A stretch of 39,880 nucleotides of DNA. Origin: an uncultured Candidatus Saccharibacteria bacterium (GTDB taxonomy: Bacteria > Patescibacteriota > Minisyncoccia > UBA6257 > Colwellbacteraceae). Within the stretch, counting starts at the first letter, position 1; every line of letters begins with the position of its first letter. The stretch is from NCBI GenBank assembly GCA_964633405.1, contig CAZWFV010000001.1, positions 1 through 39,880 of the forward strand. The letters run 5' to 3'. The notes below the pieces were generated by a model that saw nothing but the letters and a program-made list of their open reading frames with translations, did not search any database and had not been told where the DNA came from. This document shows positions 1 through 7,187 of this stretch, piece by piece. The translations under genes were made by a program, and so were the position numbers.

Positions 1-1
1 G

Positions 2-322
2 GTGAAGAAAGGGCCGTTCAAGCTGGAGTTGGAAAGGGTGGCGCGCATTTACAATCGCGGCAGCGTCATCGAGTCCAGATTGGTTGGCTGGCTTGAAGAT
101 GCATTCCGCGTTTACGGAGAGAATCTTACAAAGGTGTCCGGCACGGTGACTGCGACCGGAGAGGGCGAATGGACCATTAAGACTGGTCGTAAGCGGCACG
201 TTCCGCTGCCGGTAATAGAGGATGCATTCAGGTTCAGAGTGAACTCAAGGAATAAGCCGAGCTATCTGGGCCGTATTCTCTCTGCCCTGCGTAACCGTTT
301 CGGCGGCCATTCTATATCGTAG
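2..322 (+). CDS. 6-phosphogluconate dehydrogenase (short decarboxylating Gnd/YqeC-like type), C-terminal fragment; the 5' end lies outside the window
   Basis: The ORF is open to the window edge. C-terminal motifs GEGEWT, VPLPVIEDA, RF-S and LSALRNRFGGH resemble the 6PGDH C-terminal domain. The leading M in the ORF track is an artefact of the truncated frame. Confidence 0.65.
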   Translation: MKKGPFKLELERVARIYNRGSVIESRLVGWLEDAFRVYGENLTKVSGTVTATGEGEWTIKTGRKRHVPLPVIEDAFRFRVNSRNKPSYLGRILSALRNRFGGHSIS

Positions 323-401
323 GAATCGGGATGCAATGCGGTGATGATAGGCTATACTTGATTTGGTCGCCGCTATGGGTTAAAACTCGTGGAGAATAAA
401 C

Positions 402-488
402 GGCGAGGTGGCTGAGAGGCCGAAGGCGCCGCACTCGAAATGCGGTATACTCGAAAGGGTATCGTGAGTTCGAATCTCACCCTCGCCG
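402..488 (+). tRNA. tRNA-Ser (anticodon CGA), class II with a long variable arm
   Basis: Hand-folded cloverleaf: acceptor GGCGAGG/CCTCGCC with G73; anticodon stem CCGCA/TGCGG with loop CTCGAAA; long variable arm TATACTCGAAAGGGTATC; T arm GTGAG-TTCGAAT-CTCAC. No CCA is encoded. Confidence 0.9.
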
Positions 489-544
489 CTAGATAAGATA
501 AGCAATCCTATCTAGCCCGATTCATTTATGGGTTCGGTTGCTGT

Positions 545-1105
545 ATGACAATGGAGACCGACGAGCAGCTTGTAATAAGATATTTGAAAGGCGAAGAAGA
601 GGCGCTGCAGCTGCTTATTAAGCGTTATCTCAAGCCCGTATATAACTTTGTGTATAGATATACGGCGCGTGCCGACAGCGCCGAGGAAATAACCCAAGAT
701 GTCTTTCTGAGCGTCTGGCGCAATATAAAGAGCTTTGACCTTAGTAGAAAATTTAAGACCTGGCTATTTGCTATCGCCAAGAACACATCTTTGAACTGGC
801 TTAAGAAGAAGAGACCGCTTAATTTCTCGCAGTTCGACGGCGAAGACGGGGACAACCTCTTTTCGGAATCAATTGCCGATTCGTCGCCCCTCCCAGATGA
901 GTTGTTCGCGCGGGCCGACCTGGCCGACAGGTTAACCGAGGCTATGAGTAAATTGTCGCCGGACTACAGGACCGTGCTCTTGCTCCATTATCACAGCGGC
1001 CTGACCTTCCAAGAGATAGCGGAATCGCTCGACGAGTCAATCAATACCATCAAAAGCAGGCACCGCAGGGCCCTGGTTAGGTTAAGGGAGCTGCTAGTAT
1101 TATGA
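545..1105 (+). CDS. ECF-family (sigma-70 group IV) RNA polymerase sigma factor
   Basis: Region 2 motifs (YLKPVYNFVYRYT, EEITQDVFLSVWRNIKSFD, FKTWLFAIAKN) and a region 4 helix-turn-helix (LTFQEIAESLDESINTIKSRHRRAL). An in-frame ATG at 551 is an alternative start. Confidence 0.9.
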   Translation: MTMETDEQLVIRYLKGEEEALQLLIKRYLKPVYNFVYRYTARADSAEEITQDVFLSVWRNIKSFDLSRKFKTWLFAIAKNTSLNWLKKKRPLNFSQFDGEDGDNLFSESIADSSPLPDELFARADLADRLTEAMSKLSPDYRTVLLLHYHSGLTFQEIAESLDESINTIKSRHRRALVRLRELLVL

Positions 1106-1153
1106 GACCTGATGCACCAAATTGAAGCCCAAAACTGTATAAGTTGAGAAGCC

Positions 1154-1579
1154 ATGAAGGATAGTTACGATAAACTTTTTAAGCGCCTGGAATACCTTGA
1201 GCCGCCCGCCGGCCTGTCGGAGAGAATCATGCGTTCAATCTCCGAGAGAAGTGTAGCCCGTGCGATTTGGATGAAGACCATATTGTCCGGCGTCTTGTCG
1301 ACGGTAGCGACCATAGCACTGGTATGGTCATGGTTCATAACTCAATCGGAAGTCGCCCAATCTGGATTCTCTCAATTCTTCTCGCTGCTTGTCTCCGACA
1401 CCAATATGGTGACAGTGTTGTGGAGACAATTTTCCATGTCCATTATCGAATCTTTCCCGGTTATCGGTGCAATTGCAATATCGGGCAGTTTGCTGGTGCT
1501 GCTTGTCTCGGTCAGATCGTTCATGCGCGACATTGCCGCCATAAAGATAACCTATCGCCCTAAACTCAACGGTAGCTAA
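1154..1579 (+). CDS. Multi-pass membrane protein, possible cognate anti-sigma factor
   Basis: It lies immediately downstream of the ECF sigma gene. A short cytoplasmic N-terminus (LEPPAGLSERIMRSI) is followed by about 3 hydrophobic segments. No zinc-finger motif is present, so the anti-sigma role rests on position only. Confidence 0.4.
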   Translation: MKDSYDKLFKRLEYLEPPAGLSERIMRSISERSVARAIWMKTILSGVLSTVATIALVWSWFITQSEVAQSGFSQFFSLLVSDTNMVTVLWRQFSMSIIESFPVIGAIAISGSLLVLLVSVRSFMRDIAAIKITYRPKLNGS

Positions 1580-1584
1580 ATAAA

Positions 1585-2091
1585 ATGGAAGAGGAAAAAG
1601 AAACCAGACCCGTAGAAGGAAGACAGCTGTCATTCCTCCATTCAAGGTCGTTCATAATTATTCTCTGGGGCATAGCAATTGTATTATTGCTGCTAGTGAC
1701 ATTCAAGGCGGGGGAATTGATCGAATCACAGCGGGCCGACTTCGCTTATCAGTGGGGCCAGAATTATTACCACAATTTCTTTGGAAGGCCTTCCGGAGTG
1801 GACCTGGATGGAAATCGTTTTATGACTTCCTATGGAGCCTTCGGCCCGATTATTAGTATCGCTGCCCCCGACTTTGTGATTCAGGACCAAAACAACAATG
1901 TTGAGAAAAATATCCTTACTTCGACCAATACCATAATACGGGAGATGAATGGCAACATATCCTTCGGTGATCTGGGGGTTAGCGAACGGGTCATAGTGAT
2001 CGGCCAGCCGAATAACTCAGGGGAGATTGAAGCGAGGTTAGTCAGAGTGGTGCCTGTGCCCACCACCAGTCTGCAGATACAGCCACAATAA
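1585..2091 (+). CDS. Membrane-anchored protein with a C-terminal small beta domain (DUF5666-like by eye); paralogue of the 5908-6354 product
   Basis: N-terminal TM segment FIIILWGIAIVLLLLV. The C-terminal stretch ISFGDLGVSERVIVIGQPNNSGEIEARLVRVVP aligns with GSISDLSVGQNVVISGTTNPDGSLTAEDVRVRP of the later ORF. Its stop overlaps the next start (TAATG). Confidence 0.6.
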   Translation: MEEEKETRPVEGRQLSFLHSRSFIIILWGIAIVLLLLVTFKAGELIESQRADFAYQWGQNYYHNFFGRPSGVDLDGNRFMTSYGAFGPIISIAAPDFVIQDQNNNVEKNILTSTNTIIREMNGNISFGDLGVSERVIVIGQPNNSGEIEARLVRVVPVPTTSLQIQPQ

Positions 2092-3929
2092 TGGACAGTA
2101 AGATAATTCTAAGGATAAAGAGTGAGCTTGAGGGCCTGTTAAAGATAATCCTGGCCCATAAGGTTATCTCCGTTGTGGCGGCCGCGGTAATACTGAGCGT
2201 ATTTTATTATGCGTACAATAATGCAGTAGCAGTTTCAAATTCGGCGCCGAGATACGTCTTAACTGCGGTCCAACAGGGTACGTTTATAGCCTCCATAGCT
2301 GGGACGGGGCAGGTGTCTGCTTCCATCCAGCTCAATATACAGCCACAGGTCTCGGGGACCATTACCTCCATAGATGTTACCCAGGGGCAAAAGGCATCGG
2401 CCGGGGATGTGCTGGTCAGATTGGATCCGACCACCGCTGAGAAAACCGTCCGCAATGCCCAGATTTCCCTGCAGAGCGCCAAACTATCATTGCAGCAACT
2501 CGAAGAGGCGCCAACCCAGCTTTCGATCACCCAGGATCAGAACGCCATAACCCAAGCCGAGGCCTCTCAACAGACAGCGCAGGCCAACCTAAGCGAGGAT
2601 TATGAGAACGCCTTCAATAATATCTCCGGTGCCTTCGTGAACATGCCTGGGATCATAAGCGGGCTTAACAACATATTATTCGGGATGAGCGTTAATCCGA
2701 GCCAGACAAATGCCGACGCTTACAATTCACTGATTGCCCCGGACGCACCGGATTCCATTCAGTTCGAACGTACGGCGGTAGATAGCTACTATAGGGCCGT
2801 AGCGGCATATAATCAGAACTTGCAGGACTATAACGATACGGACAGGAATTCTTCCACCACCACGATTAGCAGCCTGCTTAATGAGACATACGTCACGTCT
2901 CAGACTGTTGCTGCGGCGGTTAAGGACGCTAAAGACTTCCTAGATCTGGTCGTTAATACTGAGAACACCTACAATCTCAAGCCGCCGAGCGTACTTACGG
3001 CCAACGAGAATAGTTTACAGACCTACACCTCAACCATAGATACGGATATAAATAACCTACTTGGTCAACAAAATACCCTCCAGAACGACGCATCCACTCT
3101 GAATATAGACACTCTTAGTATAAGCGTGGCACAACAGACCTTACAGAAGTTGCTAGCAGGCCCGGATCCCTTATCTGTTCAAGCCCAACAGCTCAGCATA
3201 CAGAATGCTCAGAATAACCTGACCGACGCCGAACAGCAATTGGCGTATTATACGGTTCGCGCCCCGTTCGACGGCGTAGTTGCCAGCCTGCCGTTGATTG
3301 TCGGTGATCAGGCATCGGCCGGTACCACTGTCGCTACGATGATCACCGCCAAGTCTCTGGCTGTAGTTCAACTGAACGAAGTAGATGCCGCGAAGTTGAA
3401 GCTGGGCGATGAAGCTACTATGACTTTTCCCGCCATACCCAACCTGACCATAGCCGGCACCGTTTCCGAGATAGACACCATCGGTACCGTGTCTCAAGGG
3501 GTGGTTACCTATAACGTCCAAGTTGCCTTCGATGCTCAAAATACGAACATTAAACCTGGCATGAGCGTATCAGCGGCAATAGTTACCAACGTTGAGTCCA
3601 ATGTCCTGCTTGTGCCTAATTCAGCTATTCAGTCTCAGGGCACAAGTAAGTATGTTCAGGTCCTAAACCTGCCTCAAGGGTCCTCAACGGCTGTAGCCAA
3701 TGCCCAGGGCGTGGCTTCGGCGACTCCGCCAACTTTGCAGACCGTGCAGGTAGGCGATTCCAACAATACTGAGACCGTCATAACCAGTGGCCTCAAAGTG
3801 GGAGATATGATTGTAAGCCGCACGATATCGGGCGGCAGCTCTACTGTCTCTACCCAGACAAACGCTTCTGGTGGCGGCCAGACCGTCAGAGGAGGGTTCG
3901 GCGGCGGCGTGCGTGTCCTGGGGTTCTAA
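2091..3929 (+). CDS. HlyD/MacA-family membrane-fusion (periplasmic adaptor) protein with an expanded helical hairpin
   Basis: N-terminal TM segment. Lipoyl-like half motifs QPQVSGTITSIDVTQGQKASAGDVLVRLD and YYTVRAPFDGVVASLPLIVGDQASAG, followed by beta-barrel segments. At 612 aa it is far longer than the roughly 370-400 aa typical of the family. Confidence 0.85.
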   Translation: MDSKIILRIKSELEGLLKIILAHKVISVVAAAVILSVFYYAYNNAVAVSNSAPRYVLTAVQQGTFIASIAGTGQVSASIQLNIQPQVSGTITSIDVTQGQKASAGDVLVRLDPTTAEKTVRNAQISLQSAKLSLQQLEEAPTQLSITQDQNAITQAEASQQTAQANLSEDYENAFNNISGAFVNMPGIISGLNNILFGMSVNPSQTNADAYNSLIAPDAPDSIQFERTAVDSYYRAVAAYNQNLQDYNDTDRNSSTTTISSLLNETYVTSQTVAAAVKDAKDFLDLVVNTENTYNLKPPSVLTANENSLQTYTSTIDTDINNLLGQQNTLQNDASTLNIDTLSISVAQQTLQKLLAGPDPLSVQAQQLSIQNAQNNLTDAEQQLAYYTVRAPFDGVVASLPLIVGDQASAGTTVATMITAKSLAVVQLNEVDAAKLKLGDEATMTFPAIPNLTIAGTVSEIDTIGTVSQGVVTYNVQVAFDAQNTNIKPGMSVSAAIVTNVESNVLLVPNSAIQSQGTSKYVQVLNLPQGSSTAVANAQGVASATPPTLQTVQVGDSNNTETVITSGLKVGDMIVSRTISGGSSTVSTQTNASGGGQTVRGGFGGGVRVLGF

Positions 3930-3937
3930 ACTCATAA

Positions 3938-4639
3938 ATGATTGAGTGCAAGGATATTGTTAAGGTCTATAAGAACGACGACGTTGAGACACCCGTGCTT
4001 AAGGGGATCTCATTCGAGGTGAACGATGGCGAATTTATAGCTATAACCGGCCCGTCCGGCTCCGGCAAGTCTACCCTGATGCATATAATCGGTGCGTTGG
4101 ACAGTCCGACGTCAGGCTTGTACAGACTTGATGGTCATGATGTATCCAAATTGTCCGACGACGAGCTGGCCGATATACGCAGGAATAAGATCGGATTCGT
4201 GTTTCAATCCTTCAGCTTGTTGTCGCGGGCAACGGTCATAAGGAACGTTATGCTCCCTCTGATATACGCCGGCGTCCCAAAAGAAGAGCGTGAGGCCAAG
4301 GTAGAAAGTGCGCTCATCTCGTCTGGCCTGCCCAAGGATCGTTGGGATCATTTATCCAACCAACTCTCGGGAGGGCAGATGCAACGCGTGGCCATCGCTC
4401 GGTCTCTGGTGAACAATCCGTCGATAATCCTTGCCGATGAGCCTACCGGCAACCTTGACAGCAAGACCGGCGAAGTCGTATTAGGCACATTCCAGGAGCT
4501 CAACGATAAACACAACCACACGATAATATTGATTACCCACGAAAGATATGTCGCCGAGCATGCCGATCGCATAATCCACATTCAGGACGGCCAGATCCTC
4601 GAGGACACAAAGAATCACAGGAAAAGAGTGACAAGGTGA
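3938..4639 (+). CDS. ABC transporter ATP-binding protein, MacB/LolD-type
   Basis: Walker [11 protein letters not shown]-loop, signature [13 protein letters not shown], Walker [13 protein letters not shown]-loop ITHE. Confidence 0.95.
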   Translation: MIECKDIVKVYKNDDVETPVLKGISFEVNDGEFIAITGPSGSGKSTLMHIIGALDSPTSGLYRLDGHDVSKLSDDELADIRRNKIGFVFQSFSLLSRATVIRNVMLPLIYAGVPKEEREAKVESALISSGLPKDRWDHLSNQLSGGQMQRVAIARSLVNNPSIILADEPTGNLDSKTGEVVLGTFQELNDKHNHTIILITHERYVAEHADRIIHIQDGQILEDTKNHRKRVTR

Positions 4640-4645
4640 ACCGCA

Positions 4646-5866
4646 ATGGTATTAGCCGATTTATTGGAAGAAACATACTTCTCACTTACCGTTAACAAGG
4701 TCAGGACCGGATTAACGATGTTGGGCATCGTTATCGGTATCGGCTCGGTTATAGCCATGATCTCCATAGGCCAAGGGGCTCAGGGATCGATAGAAGCGAA
4801 CATAGCCGCGATAGGGTCAAATTTGCTTTTGGTCGAGCCTGGGGCATTGAGTGGGCCGGGTACCATTATCAGCAAGGGCAGGGGTTCGGCTGAGACGCTT
4901 ACCGTAAGCGATGCTGAGGCTATAGCCCAACAGACCACGGCTTTGGCAGTTGCTCCCGACGTTACTAGCAGATACCAGGTTACCGCCGCCGGTACCAACA
5001 CGAGAACCGAAGTCATCGGTACGGTCTCCGCCTACGCCCAGGTCAGGAACGTGCAGGTAGAGGAAGGGTCTTTCATAACCGACCAGAACAACTCCTCCCT
5101 GGATAAGGTGGCCGTTATCGGGCCCACCGCAGCCAGCGACCTTTTTGCATCCAGCACCGACCCCGTCGGTCAGACTATAACCATAAACCATATTCCCTTC
5201 ACGGTCATAGGGCTAACCGTCTCTAAGGGCAGCGCCGGTTTCTCGAACCAGGACGACGTAATCTACATACCCCTATCTACGGCGCAACGCTATCTGGAGG
5301 GCGCGGACTATGTGACGACGATAAGCGTTGAAGCTCCCGACCAGAGTTCCATGACCGATCTCCAGAACCAGATTACTACGCTGCTGTTGCAGCAACATAA
5401 CATATCCGATCCGACCCAAGCTGACTTCAGCGTGCTTAACCAGGCGCAAATAGTAGCTACGGCTTCGTCGGTGACGAACACCCTTACCCTGCTTCTGGCT
5501 GCAGTCGCCGGTATATCCCTTGTCGTCGGAGGTATAGGGATAATGAATATGATGCTGACCACCGTTACCGAACGGACACGGGAGATAGGGTTACGCAAGG
5601 CGATAGGCGCCAAAAAACAGGACATCAGTATGCAATTCCTAAGCGAATCCGTGACTCTGACTTTCATCGGCGGAGTAATCGGCGTTATTTTTGGCTGGCT
5701 TGCCTCTGCGCTTATAACGCGTTTCTCGTCGATCGCCACTTCTATGTCCTGGGTATCTGTGGCTCTGGCTTTCGGCGTGTCGGCGGTAATCGGCATAGTA
5801 TTCGGATACTATCCGGCAAGAAGGGCCGCATCCCTAAATCCAATAGAGGCGCTTAGATATGAATAA
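4646..5866 (+). CDS. ABC transporter permease, MacB/FtsX family (4 TM with a large extracytoplasmic domain)
   Basis: TM1, then an extracytoplasmic domain of about 230 aa, then the FtsX-type C-terminal three-TM bundle (GGIGIMNMMLTTVTERTREIGLRKAIGA, YYPARRAASLNPIEALRYE). Confidence 0.9.
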   Translation: MVLADLLEETYFSLTVNKVRTGLTMLGIVIGIGSVIAMISIGQGAQGSIEANIAAIGSNLLLVEPGALSGPGTIISKGRGSAETLTVSDAEAIAQQTTALAVAPDVTSRYQVTAAGTNTRTEVIGTVSAYAQVRNVQVEEGSFITDQNNSSLDKVAVIGPTAASDLFASSTDPVGQTITINHIPFTVIGLTVSKGSAGFSNQDDVIYIPLSTAQRYLEGADYVTTISVEAPDQSSMTDLQNQITTLLLQQHNISDPTQADFSVLNQAQIVATASSVTNTLTLLLAAVAGISLVVGGIGIMNMMLTTVTERTREIGLRKAIGAKKQDISMQFLSESVTLTFIGGVIGVIFGWLASALITRFSSIATSMSWVSVALAFGVSAVIGIVFGYYPARRAASLNPIEALRYE

Positions 5867-5907
5867 TAGAATCGTTGGTCGACGATTCGCAGAATAAAAC
5901 CAAATCA

Positions 5908-6354
5908 ATGAGAAGATTAATATTGCTAGTCGTTATCGCCGTGGTTATAGCCGGTGGTCTAGGGTTCTATGTAGGCACGCGTTATCCGGCGGGGACTGTC
6001 TCCGGTACCTATCTGTACGGCGGCACCGGTTCGTCCGTCAGATCCAATCATGGGAACAGCGGCGGGGTGGGAGCGGTCACCGGCAGCATAGTTTCCGAGG
6101 ATGCCCAGGGCGTGATTATTAAGCTGCCAAACGGCAATACCCAGATAGTGTTTGTGTCCACGACGACCCCGGTGTTGAAATCGGTACAGGGTTCGATAAG
6201 CGATCTTTCGGTTGGTCAGAACGTAGTCATATCCGGGACCACTAATCCTGACGGCAGTCTGACTGCCGAGGATGTACGGGTAAGGCCGGCTGGAACCAGC
6301 ACCCCATTTGTCAGGTATCAGCAATCCCAGTCCAGGTCATCCCAATCGCAGTAA
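5908..6354 (+). CDS. Membrane-anchored or secreted protein with a small beta domain (DUF5666-like by eye); paralogue of the 1585-2091 product
   Basis: The ATG at 5908 gives MRRLILLVVIAVVIAGGLGF (signal/anchor). The ORF track starts at an in-frame TTG at 5875. The C-terminal domain aligns with ORF 1585-2091, and the tail is Q/S-rich. Confidence 0.6.
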   Translation: MRRLILLVVIAVVIAGGLGFYVGTRYPAGTVSGTYLYGGTGSSVRSNHGNSGGVGAVTGSIVSEDAQGVIIKLPNGNTQIVFVSTTTPVLKSVQGSISDLSVGQNVVISGTTNPDGSLTAEDVRVRPAGTSTPFVRYQQSQSRSSQSQ

Positions 6355-6364
6355 CAATTACATG

Positions 6365-6396
6365 GAAAAGGCCGCCGCAAGAACGGCAGTCTTTTC
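6365..6396 (+). terminator. Possible weak intrinsic terminator after the exporter operon
   Basis: GAAAAG-GCCG-loop-CGGC-(AGT bulge)-CTTTTC hairpin with an A-tract and T-tract. The GC core is only 4 bp. Confidence 0.3.
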
Positions 6397-6451
6397 GAAC
6401 TTTACTTTATGGTTCCGCAGGACCTAGTATGGGCTGGAATATGCTATCCAT

Positions 6452-7126
6452 ATGGAAACGATGGACTCGATGAATAATAAAGAGGAGCAGCGGCCCAGGC
6501 GCAGATCCACGACGTTCATTTATGGTGGCATCACGGTTATAGTTGTCGTACTGGTCCTTGCTCTATACATATCAGTCAGTAGATCCAAGGTCTCGGCCGA
6601 TTATATCGATAAGTTTGATGCCGTCGCCGAACTGTATCAGAAGATAAGTACCGACTCCCAATCGGCCGCTGAGCAGCTGGCCAGCAGCACGGTCTCTTTG
6701 TCAGACAAGGAGCGGGTTAAGGACTATAACGGCGCAGCTCAGGTTGTAAGCCAGAGCGTTACAAATATAAGTAATCTGATTGATGAGGTTAACAGCATGA
6801 ATGCCAGAATAGATGATTTCAGTACTACGGCCGAACGAGTTGGAGACGTCAAGATACGTACGGATAGTATCGGGGTAGTGTCATTATGGCGACAAGGGAA
6901 CGCGTATTTCCTTAAGCTGCTGGATTATGAGAACCAGGTGCTTCTGCCGACAGAGCAATATTACAAAGATCTGGCCGCCGGCCGCGAGGCTACGGCGCTG
7001 ACTGTCGTCCAGGATCAGGTCATTTCCCAAAACATCAAGAGCGAGACCGATAATATGTCCAGCTTGGGGCCGGACATCCAGGCGGCCTATTCAAAATTAT
7101 CCGCCGATATAGGTGTCCAACTCTAA
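6452..7126 (+). CDS. Hypothetical single-pass membrane protein with a helical extracytoplasmic region
   Basis: The ORF has an N-terminal TM segment (FIYGGITVIVVVLVLALYISV). I recognise no motif in it. Confidence 0.5.
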   Translation: METMDSMNNKEEQRPRRRSTTFIYGGITVIVVVLVLALYISVSRSKVSADYIDKFDAVAELYQKISTDSQSAAEQLASSTVSLSDKERVKDYNGAAQVVSQSVTNISNLIDEVNSMNARIDDFSTTAERVGDVKIRTDSIGVVSLWRQGNAYFLKLLDYENQVLLPTEQYYKDLAAGREATALTVVQDQVISQNIKSETDNMSSLGPDIQAAYSKLSADIGVQL

Positions 7127-7151
7127 CTCCTTAACGGCTGGCGGCGGAGGG

Positions 7152-7179
7152 TTAGCTTAATGCGAATCTCTGCTATAAT
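7152..7179 (+). promoter_or_regulatory. Sigma-70-type promoter with an extended -10 box, positioned for a leaderless transcript of the giant pilin
   Basis: TTAGCT (7152-7157), 16 nt spacer, TGcTATAAT (7171-7179). The ATG at 7188 lies 8 nt after the -10 box, and no SD site is present. Confidence 0.55.
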
Positions 7180-7187
7180 TTATAGCA

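Noticed and set aside
489-544. Inverted repeat CTAGATA...TATCTAG after tRNA-Ser considered as a terminator, and the spacer considered as an ECF-type promoter.
   Set aside because: The stem is only 7 bp and AT-rich, with no T-run. No GAAC-N16-17-CGT-like ECF motif is visible upstream of the sigma gene.
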